Assembly: GCF_006345805.1 (NCBI RefSeq)
Contig: NC_043006.1
Span: 57,474,001 to 57,538,000, forward strand
Direction of reading: 5' to 3'
DNA from: Octopus sinensis
Taxonomy: Eukaryota
Length of the DNA: 64,000 bases
The notes below the pieces were generated by a model. The model was given only the letters and a program-made list of their open reading frames with translations, was not told where the DNA came from and made no database searches. Shown one piece after another: positions 53,318 through 64,000 of this stretch; the stretch's first letter is position 1; the number at the start of each line of letters is the position of its first letter. Both the position numbers and the translations under genes were made by a program.

Positions 53318-53699
53318 GTAATTGTAAATGATTATACCAACTTAAATAGTGGAAATTCATCATTATATATTAACCAACTGGTACTCCGTCGGTTACAACG
53401 ATGCGGCTTTCAGTTGATCCGATCAATGGAACAGCCAGCTCGAGAAATTAACGTGCAAGTAGTTGAGCACTCTACAGACATGCATACTCTTAACGTAGTT
53501 CTCGGGGAAATTCAGCGTGACACAGGATGAGACACAAGGCCAGCCTTTTGAATTACAGGTACAGCTAATTTTTTTCCAGCTGAGTGGACTGGAGCAGCGT
53601 GAAATAGAGTGTCTTGCTTAAGGATACAACGCATCGCCGGGAATTGAACTCACGACCATACGATCGTGAGCCGATTACCCTGGCCACCGAGTCACGCGC

Positions 53700-53737
<38 letters not shown>

Positions 53738-54228
53738 TAATACAAACGAAGATTGGTTTTACCCAGTCAGAAAACAAGATCTGTACGTGATAGCCGTGAT
53801 AAAGTGAAAGTAAAAGTTAGCTGTCGAAGCTGTAAACAAAATGAAAGCAATGCACGGGAGATAATACAAAGACACCGAGGGGGATAAAGAGTGTGGTAAA
53901 TAACAGAGAGAGACAGATAGAGAGAGAGAGAGTGAGAGTGAGAGAAGGAGAGAGATTGATTGTGATAGACAAAGAGAAGGAGATTTGTAGATCTAAGTGT
54001 TCTGCTATTTTTCGTAGTAAATTATATATTTTTATTATTATTTACGGATGACATTCTCTTTGGGACGCAGATTTAAAAAATGAAATTTGTTTCTCTCGAC
54101 GACGCGGCCTTTCAGAGCCTTTCGGGGTTAAACTTAGATAAACTTAGATGTGTTTCGACCAAAGATTGGTCCAGGCCATGTCTAACTTAATAGCACCACC
54201 TGATAGGATTATTCGAATCCTGTTTAAG

Positions 54229-57200
54229 TCAAGTTTTGTTTATGCTCCATTCAAGTAGTGAGATTTTGTTGGGTGAGTTGTATCCAATTATGGGTGGCTT
54301 ATCTGGTATTCTTTGAAGGAATCTATCCAGACTCCGTTTAAAGTTGACGGGATCCTTTTCCTCTTTGATCTCTTTCGGGACAATGTTAAATAGGGCAGGG
54401 CCTGTTGAGGAAAAGAAATTATGTTGCAGTGTACATGTATGCTGTGATCTTGAATTGGACAGGGGACGTATGGCCCGTGGTCCCAGTCTTGGATGAACCT
54501 TGAAGCTAATGTTCAAGTCGTTTGGGCAAAGTTGGCGGTATATTCTCCACATCGTACAAATGATGTTCCGCTCACGGCGACGCTGGAGAGAGTAGACTTT
54601 CAAGGCTTTAAGGCGATCCCAATAATCGAGAGCAGCCATGCCTTCAATTCGTTTAGTGAGTGCCCTCTGGGTTGCCTCAATTCTGGAGATGTTTTGTCTT
54701 GTGTGAGGAGACCACAGTGGGCAGCAGTATTCGAGGTGTGGCCGTACAAAGGAGGAGAAAAGTGGTATGATGACACCTTGTTCTCTGACCGGAAAGTTCT
54801 TAAGATCCAGGAACTCATCCTACGAGCTATATCGACCTTCTTGTTGATGTGTGCACTCCAACTGAGATCGTCATCAACAATTACACCCAGGTCTCTGATA
54901 TTGTTAGAGGCTGTGAGCGGTTCCCCTGAAGGAAGAGAGTATGGCTGTTTTAGTGAGGAATTTCTTCCAAAATGCATAAGCTCAAATTTTCCCTCGTTCA
55001 GTTGCATTTTGTTTCTGTCTGACCATTGACTCACAGCATATAGATCAGACTGGAGTTGAGTTCGGTCTGCTTCTTCATTGACGATTTGCTGGAGTTTAGT
55101 GTCATCAGCAAATATTTTCACTTTGCAATAATGTACGTCACTGGAAAGGTCGTTTATGTAAATTATGAAGAGTAGCGGACCCAAGACAGTCCCCTGGGGA
55201 CACCGCTGGTGACTTTTGATGGGCTTGAGTGGACTCCATCAACTACAACATGTGTTCTATTCGCCAGGAAATACTTAATCCAGTGTAGAACTTTTCCACG
55301 GATTCCAACATTTGCCAATTTTGAGAGTAGGATATTATGGTCTACCCTGTCGAACGCTTTACTGAAGTCAAGATATATGACGTCAGAGTTCGAACCTGTT
55401 CCCAATGCTTTGAGTACATCTTCAATGTGGTGTAAGAGCTGTGTTAGACAGTCCCTGCCACAGCGAAAGCCATGCTGATTTGCATTTAGGAGTTTGTGGG
55501 TCTCCAGTAAGTCAGCTATCCTTGATCTTAACACTCTTTCAAACACTTTAATGATGTGGGAGGTGAGTGAGATTGGGCGATAGTTGAGTGCGAGGGATCT
55601 GTTTCCCTGTTTGAAAACCGGGATGACTGACTGGGATAGAAACTGTTTCGGTATATAACCTGCGTCTAACGAATTTCTCCAGAGGTTGGTCAGAGGGACT
55701 GCAAGTTGGCGTCTACATTCCTTCAGGAGACTAGCGGGGAATCTATCAGGGCCTACAGCAGAGTAGTATTTGACCTCATTTATTGCTGCTACGATGTCAG
55801 TGGCAGTGAAGGTTATGTCTGAGATTTTATGTTGGGAGTCAACTTCGTTCGCTTCTTTTACGTCAATATCAGTGGGAACACTAAAGACAGAGCAGTATTG
55901 TTTCTGCAGTATTTCTGCCATTTCTTTAGCATCGTGTTGGGGAATGCCGTTATTATCAATCAATGGCCCAATGGGTGAGACAGTGGTTCTATGCTTATTT
56001 GCATAAGAATAGAACACTTTTGGGTTCTGTTTGATGTTTTTGATTACCCACTGTTCCTCCACAGCTCTTTGATTTTCAATGGAGGTTTTCATGTCGGTCT
56101 GCAGATGAAGTTTTTCCAGCTCTAGATTTTCATTGTTGTTGAATGTGGATGTTGTGTGTGGGAATATTTTAATTGGTTGATTTTTTTGTTGAGTCTTTTG
56201 ATGCGCTGATGAGTGTTTTTTTTCTTTTTAAGGAGCCGGTTTCTGTTTGTGATAGTAGATTTCGTGGGAGCGTGTTTAGAGCATGTATAGGTGACAATGT
56301 TTTCAAAGTGCTGCCATGCGGTCTCAATATGGGTGGAATTGAGAGTAAAAGACCAGTCGATGAAAGACAGATCCTTTCTGATTGCTCCCCAGTCCGCTTT
56401 GTGGAAGTTTATGTTGTCAAATGGGTGCCATGGAGTGGGATTGGCTGGTTTGGTTTTTATATGTCGGGAATTAAAATTGCGGAGTACCATGTCGTGGTCT
56501 GAGAAGAGAGTTTTTTCAACTGAAATACTGTGAACGAAGCTAGAGTGATTGGTCAATACCAGATCCAAGATAGTTTTATTCTGTCTCGTTGGTTCGAGCA
56601 CTAGCTGAGTCAGGAAGTATTCATCCATTAGATTAAAGAGCAGTTCTGCTGCTTCTCTATCTGATGTAGAGCATTTGCCTAACTTTAGAGTATTTGTGGG
56701 CCAGTTCACATGAGGGAGGTTAAAATCACCCATCACTAGTATGTTTCCGGAGTGGTACTTCCGAAGGAAGGGCTTGACTTTGCTAAGGCACTCTTCAAAG
56801 CACTTTAGAGGTGCTTGGGGAGGCCTGTAAAGACCAACAATGATTATGCCCTTGGCCTTGCTGAATAGTGATACCGATTCACAGTAGCCATTGGAAAATA
56901 TGTCCTTGGCATCAAGTGAAAAGGAGTCATGGATAAAGATGGCTGTCTCTCCCTTATTTCGGTCTGCGCGATCCGCACGAACAATGGTGAAATCTTTTAT
57001 TTTCACCTCGGCGTCCATATGGGTGTTGTTCAGGTGAGTCTCGGTAAGGATAAAGAAAGGGAAGCAATGTGCCGTTTCGGCAAGCCAACTCTCTATATAT
57101 GGGATCTTCCATTTTTGGGCAATAATTGATGGGTTGATGTCACGTACATTTAACAGGAATGTCGAGGTAAGGGAAGTTTGATGTTTGCATTGTTCTAAGT

Positions 57201-57306
57201 TATGTTTTATGTTGTTCAGTGGTAACAATGTGGGTAGTTCTTGTATGGAGCTGTGTGTGTATGATTTTCTTGTTGGTAGTGGGTGTGTGGTCCTTGTGAT
57301 TTGCAT
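54229..57306 (-). pseudogene. LINE ORF2 (apurinic endonuclease plus reverse transcriptase), split over four ORF-track pieces
   Basis: APE motifs LTETHL, YRPP, MGDFNLP, LDLVLTN, SDH. RT motifs YRPISLTS, YLDFSKAFD, SGVP..GPLLF, FADDTKL. Pieces 56122-57306, 55163-56092, 54600-55184, 54229-54639. Confidence 0.88.
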
Positions 57307-57445
57307 AGGTGGTTGCTGATAGCTCGTTGGATCTCCTGGCTTAGGTCGGCCTTCATATTTTCTAGGTAAGTCAGTAAAAAAGATTTACCTCTTTGGTTTG
57401 CCACTTGGTCAGAGGATACATATTTCATGTTGGTGTTATTTGGTG

Positions 57446-58402
57446 TTATGGTTTTTTCATGGTTCTGTCTACGTTGTTTGATTGTAGGAGGGGAAAGGTG
57501 GTTGTATTTTGTTCTTGTTGTTGTCGTAGATTTCCTCTGTTGCTGTTTATTTTATTTTGTGATCGTTTTGTGCCCTTCAGATGGTGGTGGTTGCATTCTG
57601 GGTTCAGGCACATCCTTTGTGACACAGAAGTTTGGCACAGTTTAGGATGGAAGAAGGTGCATCCATTGCCTTTTGTGCATCCATATTTGGGATCAGGACC
57701 ATGGACTCTGTATTTAGGACAGTATTTGGGGTGGAGGTGAGGGCAGTTTTTTCCCGTTATACCATATGGACAGGTGCCCTTAACAAGTCTACGACATAAT
57801 GTAGGATGGGAAAAAGCACAGCGTCCATTGTTGTTGGTGCCGCTGGGGCCAAATCTACAGCTGCCTTGAGAATAGTAACGGCAGGATGTTTTATGTGGGT
57901 GTAGTAGTGGTTTTTCTATTCTGGTTGTAGTAGCAGTAGCAGAGTGTTGTTGTTGTTGTTGTTGCTGTAGCAGTAGTGAAACTTGACTTGGAATCGGGTC
58001 ATCAGGTATTGGTTCCAATGTAGTGGCAGAAGCAGGCTGTTGTTTTTGTGATAGTGGGTTCTGGCTTGCCAGAATGGGCGGAATTAGGTCAGATGTTTGT
58101 TGCTGGCTATCGGGTCGTTGAAGTGACCCCTGACCTGTTGGAGTTGGGTCATTTGGTGCACTGCATTCATTGGCAAGAATGGCTTCTAGTGTTGTCATGT
58201 GCGTGTGGAAAATAGACAATATTCTTTTAATATCTTTTATTTTATTTTCGATCTGTTTTACAGATCTGTGAAAGGATTGTTTCGCTAAGTTTTCAGCTAT
58301 TTTACTGTAAACTTTAGCTTCGTTGTGGTGAATGAACCAAGCGTTTATCATTGCAGTAATTTCATTTTCAACCCAGTGGCGTTTTTGAATATTATTGGCC
58401 AT
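57446..58402 (-). CDS. LINE ORF1: Myb/SANT-like trihelix domain, poly-Q linker, tandem CCCH-type zinc fingers; probably continues by frameshift to ~57216
   Basis: ATG at 58402 (MANNIQKRHWVENEITAMINAW...VYSKIAENL...FHRSVKQIENKIKDIK). CRYYSQGSCRFG...CAFSHP and three further C-C-C-H units. Confidence 0.7.
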   Translation of the reverse strand: MANNIQKRHWVENEITAMINAWFIHHNEAKVYSKIAENLAKQSFHRSVKQIENKIKDIKRILSIFHTHMTTLEAILANECSAPNDPTPTGQGSLQRPDSQQQTSDLIPPILASQNPLSQKQQPASATTLEPIPDDPIPSQVSLLLQQQQQQQHSATATTTRIEKPLLHPHKTSCRYYSQGSCRFGPSGTNNNGRCAFSHPTLCRRLVKGTCPYGITGKNCPHLHPKYCPKYRVHGPDPKYGCTKGNGCTFFHPKLCQTSVSQRMCLNPECNHHHLKGTKRSQNKINSNRGNLRQQQEQNTTTFPLLQSNNVDRTMKKP

Positions 58403-58874
58403 ATTCAGTGGGACAGTATTATACACTGTACGCCAGTTATTGATGGCTTGATGTAAAATAGTGAATACACCGTTGAAAAGTTTGTATCGAAATATTCGGA
58501 AATGCGTGGCTTGTGTGCGGGAGAGTTCAGTGTATTTAGTACAATCAGGATGAGCGGTGTGTTTAATACAGATCAAGAAAAAAGAATTGTTCTCACGGGA
58601 CTAGTTTTAGAACTAGTCTTCGGTTTAGTTTTGGTTTATATTTCTTTCTCCAGGTTGTGTATAGATTTGTATAAATTTATCCTCCGATGGTAGTATAAGA
58701 GTAGAATAGTAGAATTGTAGAATTCAAAAGTTCTGGGACTAAAAACAAGGAGAGTTTCTGCTGGCTTGAGTTGGAATATGCTTCTTTGGCTACTGACCGG
58801 AGCTATGAAAAGTACGTCTTGTCACGACGAATGCCTGCGCTATAAACACATATACATAACTACATACACTCGCA

Positions 58875-58929
<55 letters not shown>

Positions 58930-59339
58930 GTATGTATATATATATATGTATATATATATAAGTATATATATATATATGTACATACACACACACATATATG
59001 TATGTAGTAAATTCGAAACCTAATCGACATTTTTTACACAAGTCATCGGCCTATTGTTTTCGCCTATTGGACTAAGAAATTTACGCCAGTTTACGCGAAC
59101 ATTCTAAATGAAAAATCACGTAATATTTGCGATTTTAGACTTGGAGATGCGCTTCGTCAGACTTGCATCGAAGGTGTGCTGTTACATTGTGCGTCTTTGA
59201 GAAATTTGAAAAGAAAATACGAAACCGTTTTTCTCTCCAAAAACTATGTTACTATACACAAAATTTTCAAACATTTTTCTAACATAACGACTTAATATAT
59301 TATTTAACCTTATAACACAAGCCTTCTGTAGTTTTTTCA

Positions 59340-59394
<55 letters not shown>

Positions 59395-59750
59395 GTGAAA
59401 TAGAAGATGATATCTTGTAGTAGATTAATCAAAAGTTTAACCGATACCTTAGTAGCAAAAATCACAGCAGTGAACAGCACGGTGGAGGTACAACCATCTG
59501 GCGTTGCAACCGTGCGTTGGTTGCGGATAATTGAAATTAAAACATTATTGGTGAATGAAGAAATGGAGCTGAACGCAGATTGAACAGAAATCGTTTTATT
59601 TCATTCTACACTTTTTTCGAAAGGCACAAATTACCAAAGTCCCATTATTCAATCGGATTTTGGTAATTGTGCCTTTCGAAACACGTGTAGAATGAAATAA
59701 AACGATTTCTGTTCAATCTGCGTTCAGCTCCATTTCTTCAATTCACCAAT

Positions 59751-59782
<32 letters not shown>

Positions 59783-59955
59783 GTCTATCTGTGTTTGCTC
59801 CCCCATAATTTAGCGGTTCTGAAAAAGAGACCGATGGAATAGTACCAGGCTTAGAAAATAGAAGTACTGGAGGCGAATCATTCGGCTAAAAATAATTCTA
59901 GGCGGTGCATGGTCGCAGTCTAATGATTGAAATAAGTAAAAGACAGTAGATGAAA

Positions 59956-60003
<48 letters not shown>

Positions 60004-60009
60004 TATATG

Positions 60010-60606
60010 CCGTAAATCCTCGAGTATAGTCCGGCCTTGAGTATAATACGCAGGGGATTTTTAGGGGGCTATACCCCTGAAAAACCTAAACCTTGTGTAT
60101 AATACACACCCTTCTCTAACTTGAGTCAAGGAGGTCTATATAACGTCCTTGGTTTGTAAAAATGTATACGGTAACGTCCTTTATTATTGCCTTCTTTATC
60201 TTTGGTATCTGTTTAATTTCATCTTTATTTCTTCTCCATAACCTGACATTGCTTCCGTCAACATCAAATTTTCTTCCGGCGGCCCTATTACCATGCTCTT
60301 CAGCATATGATATAATTTCAAGTTTAAACATAGCCGAATAAGATCTACGAGGCATTTTATGGGCATGTAATGTATAAAATGTTTTATTGGAAATTAATGT
60401 ACAGGTTTAAGTCCCGCTTATAAAAAATCCTAGTAAACCCTAGACTTCACAAAATGCGTCTGAATAAATATTGCTGGACAGCAAATAGAGACTCGGACAT
60501 TGCTTAGAAAATATTTTTCATTTTTAACCTTGTATATAGTACGCACTAGGGAATTTGACCTTTAAATTTTGGAGAAAAAATGCGGATTATACTCGAGGAT
60601 TTACAG
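60010..60606 (-). mobile_element. pogo/Tigger-type internal deletion derivative retaining the Brinker-type DNA-binding ORF (60116-60355)
   Basis: TIRs CCGTAAATCCTCGAGTATAGTCCG / CGGATTATACTCGAGGATTTACAG followed by TA. ORF MPRRSYSAMFKLEIISYAEEHGNRAAGRKFDV...VRLWRR resembles BrkDBD. Confidence 0.8.
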
Positions 60607-61202
60607 TACACGGGAATGGTGAAACTTTAAGCAGATAAAACTATAAATAATAGTGTGTAGATATTAAGCTTAAAAAATCCCATCGGATTAAAAAAAAGTT
60701 GAGCCTGTTCGTGGGACTCGATCTCGAAATAATCCTTCGAATTTTTAATCGGTTATAGAAACTTTATTCTCACCATAAGATGTGGTCCCACAGGGGAGCC
60801 TTCGATTACCTAGCTGCTCTACATCGAGAAAAGTAGTTACCCGATTTTCCGACAAGAAACTAATAAAAGTTTAAATGGAATGTCCGCTACATTAATACAT
60901 GGAATAACATGGTTGTTACATCCTACTATCAATGTCTTGTAGTATTCAGTTTTATTTCTTCATAGCCCGAGTTCAACCCCGACTGAGTTGATTTCAGTTT
61001 ATCACCCCGGTTCAATGAACTAAATACCATAAATGCATATCTATTATGGTAATCGATTCGATCAACTATTACTCCTTTTTTAAAACTAAATATGACGTCT
61101 TTTCCTCAATCCCTCACAATCTATTTCAACAATTACTCATCTTCATTTTATAATTATTCATGCTCAGGTTTCTCTAATTCTGATTTTTCTCTCTCTCTTT
61201 AG

Positions 61203-61406
61203 TTAACATTCCTGTTGGCTACCTGACAGCATTCTGGAACTTGCCCCACATCACGTGGGTAGCAACGGACCCGACACTCGCCGACAAATCTGTGTTTAAT
61301 ACTCTGATCCGAACCATGGGCCCTTTCAACAAGGTCGGCATGTTTCTCGTGCAGTTTTTCCGTATATTCAAGTGGAAGCGAGCTGGCATGTACAGTGGCA
61401 CTTCAG
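61203..61406 (+). CDS. Coding exon 3 of the ANF-receptor-domain gene (VNIPVGYLTAFWNLPHITWVATDPTLADKSVFNTLIRTMGPFNKVGMFLVQFFRIFKWKRAGMYSGTS)
   Basis: CTCTCTTTAG acceptor. 204 nt, phase 1 to 1. W-x-x-P-x-I, L-x-R-T and F-x-W motifs. The donor CAG|GTCTGG is the only one in phase with exon 4. Confidence 0.82.
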
Positions 61407-61764
61407 GTCTGGTAACACACTGTGAGACATACATGCACATTCTTATATATATATATATACACACATCGACACACAGATATACAGGCGCTCACATACACAC
61501 ACAAACGCACACACACAAACGCTCTCTCTCTCTCTATCTTTGTCTCTCCCTCTTTCTCTCTTTCTCTCTCTCACACACGCTGAAATACCTGTACACCCTT
61601 CGTGTACACAAACATTTGCAGTTAAGCATTCTGTTTGTTAACAGATACATGTGATTTCAAACATCTACCAACCTACCTACCTACCTACCTACCTATATAC
61701 ATACACACACACACACACACACACACACCACACACACACACGCACTCACACACACACACACACA

Positions 61765-61810
<46 letters not shown>

Positions 61811-62458
61811 GTATATGTATATATATTTATATACATATGTATAGATGTACACATACATATATAAACTGAACACGTGTATACACAAGCACATACGCACGCA
61901 CTCACAACACGCACGCACACACACGCATAAGTAGAATAAATAATTCAGTAGAAATTGTTCTATAATGTGTGATATATACGATGCAATTTCAAATTAGCAA
62001 ATAGTTTATACATTATCTGTATAAACTTCAGGCTAGCGATCCCGATTTCGTTTCGGAGGTGAGTCGAGTGAACAGCGTTGATAAACCGCAACCACGGCGA
62101 AATACTGTATTAGCCGTTTACGTTTTCACTTCTGGAGAGATTTCAGTTCGACTAGCTTCGAAGTATACTTTGCTTTTTAACACTATACATATTTAACGGA
62201 TTTTTTTCCCCTGAATTTTTCCCATTTTAACAATATATACGTCAAGTGAGTGGTATTGGATATAAGTAATACACACACGTGCAAATACACACATACACAT
62301 GGCTACACATGTTCATACCTGTGCGTCTGTGATATATTTGTTTGGAACACCAGCATCTATAGTTTTAATGCTTCCCCATATTTCAAATAACAAATGTCGT
62401 CTTGATGATCTCTTCAGTTACTATTTCATCTCACCTCTGTATCTTCACATTTTCACAG

Positions 62459-62605
62459 GGTTTTGCTCTTTTGCTGGTGGTGGTGTACGCAAGCAATTCG
62501 AGGAGAACAACCTGACCGTCACAGAAGATATAATGTTCATTGAAGAAACACTCACCGATTCTATTATGGATTTTCACCTAAAGAAACTAAGTCGGGATTC
62601 TAGAA
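62459..62605 (+). CDS. Coding exon 4 of the ANF-receptor-domain gene (GFCSFAGGGVRKQFEENNLTVTEDIMFIEETLTDSIMDFHLKKLSRDSR); gene continues beyond
   Basis: TTTTCACAG acceptor and A|GTAAGT donor. 147 nt, phase 1 to 1. Ends at the family-typical (A/S)R-I junction. Confidence 0.8.
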
Positions 62606-63081
62606 GTAAGTGAATACTGAGCTTGGGGTATGGACTTTGGATACTGCTGGTTTTTTGTAACGCAGTATAATGGGGCCTTTCTTTTATCTTTTACTTGTTT
62701 CAGTCATTGGCCCGCGTCCAAGCTGGGGCACTGTTGTCAAGGGTTTAGTCGGACACATTGACCCCAGTTCTTGTATTTTTTATAAAAGTCTGGTACTTAT
62801 TCAATTGGTCTCTTTTGCCGAACCGCTAAGTTACAGGAACGTAAACAAACCAACAGCGGTTTTCAAGTGGTGGAGGCGGGATACAAGCGCTCACTCACTC
62901 ACACACGCACGCACAATTGCATACGTACACACACGCACATACGGCTGACTTTCACGCAGCTTCCAATTACCATTTGGTCGGCTCGGGTCTATAGTAGAAG
63001 ACACTTGTGTAGGTATTGCGCTGTGGGACTGAACCTCAAATCACGGGATTGCAAAGTGTATTATTTAAGAGATGAGGAATT

Positions 63082-63243
63082 ATGTACATTATTTACATTT
63101 GATGAATATTTGTCCTCATCTTGTTTGTTGTTAACACAACGTTTCGGCTGATAGACCCTCCAGCCTTCATCAGGTGTCTTGGGGAAAATTCGAACCTGGG
63201 CTCTCATTCTTAAAGTATTTATCGATATTGTTGTTGTTGTTGC

Positions 63244-63311
<68 letters not shown>

Positions 63312-63650
63312 TCACTGACTGAAATCTAACTCGGAATCTTGGGGTTAGTAGCCCGCGCTCTTTACCACTACGGACATATGGCGTAGTGGTTAAGAGCGCG
63401 GGCTACTAGTCCCAAGATTCCGAGTTCGATTCCAGGCTGTGACCTAAATGATAATAATGATAATAATAATAATATAATAATAATAATAATAATAACAACA
63501 ACAACATCGAAAAATACTTTAGGAATGAGAACCCAGGTTCAAAATTTCCCCAAGACACCTGATGAAAGCTGGAGGGTATATCAGCCGAAACGTTGTGTTA
63601 ACAACAAACAAGATGAGGACAAATATCCGTCAAATGTAAATAATATACAT
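63082..63650. mobile_element. Head-to-head palindromic pair of a tRNA-headed element with a Penelope-type hammerhead tail
   Basis: Arms 63082-63372 and 63382-63650 are reverse complements. Each has A box, B box, (AAT)n and a hammerhead-like core. Confidence 0.75.
63554..63599 (+). ncRNA. Minimal type-I hammerhead ribozyme-like motif (extra A after the core); mirror copy at 63133-63178 on -
   Basis: GACAC-CTGATGA-A-(A/G)GCTG..CAGCC-GAAA-CGTT-GTGTT: stem I GACAC/GTGTT, stem II, palindromic stem III AACGTT. Confidence 0.55.
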
Positions 63651-64000
63651 CATAGTATTGCTGGATGGACCTGGCAATGGCGTAGCGTGGGATGTTTTGG
63701 ACGTGCGGCCCTCTGTGGGTGACCAATTTTTACATGATTATTTTTCTGAAATTGAAGGTATATTGTGTTTAACACTTTAGTATTCATATTAGTTTGTCAA
63801 ATGTAATGCTTATATATGCACATTGTTTCGAATTAATCATATATTATATTGCAGCTTTGAGATTTTGATGACGTGATTATTTTTAGAATGACATTTCAGG
63901 GTAAAGGTGAGAGGCCTGATTAGTTTAAACATAAAACAGGTAGAATATGACCGATTTAAATGCTAAAGAGCTGAGGAAGAGGCAGATAAAACTATGCTAC

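Larger units (their letters stand above)
54126..58800 (-). mobile_element. Near full-length APE-RT non-LTR retrotransposon (CR1/L2/Proto2-like; clade not resolved) in intron 2, antisense to the host gene
   Basis: ORF1 plus ORF2 (APE, RT, C-terminal domain) and a 3' UTR ending in a short tandem (CTAAGTTTA)2. The 5' boundary is approximate and no TSD was found. Confidence 0.85.

Noticed and set aside
63382-63450. tRNA-like sequence with A and B boxes
   Set aside because: No acceptor stem closes and it runs into (AAT)n and a repeat tail; it is a SINE head. The same applies to the heads of SINE families B, C and D.

Overview
Repeat-dense, AT-rich animal genomic DNA. The SINE families (tRNA-headed, Nin-domain and CORE-like), the LINE clades and the (AT)n/(AAT)n microsatellite load point to an octopus (coleoid cephalopod) genome; this is inferred, not database-checked. 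Two spliced host genes lie on the + strand. (1) From ~6.7 to at least 15 kb, a gene whose N-terminus (from ATG 6809) aligns without gaps to the Scm3/HJURP CENP-A-binding motif, making it a candidate centromeric histone chaperone. (2) From 41822 past 62605, the first four coding exons of a secreted or receptor protein with an ANF-receptor (natriuretic-peptide receptor / receptor guanylyl cyclase) ectodomain. All four exons join in phase, and both cysteines of the conserved first disulfide are replaced. Its introns hold a Dong/R4 LINE, two Tx1 LINE pieces, a CR1 fragment inserted into a SINE, a near full-length APE-RT LINE whose ORF1 combines a Myb/SANT-like domain with CCCH fingers, a pogo deletion derivative, and a head-to-head palindrome of a tRNA-headed element carrying minimal hammerhead-ribozyme motifs. 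Elsewhere there are non-autonomous Helitrons, mariner remnants and MITEs, a Merlin-like MITE, RTE and Penelope remnants with further hammerhead motifs, many long hairpins and dozens of SINEs. Most ORFs in the supplied track are microsatellite or SINE artefacts. All motif comparisons were made by eye against sequences recalled from memory; no searches were run.
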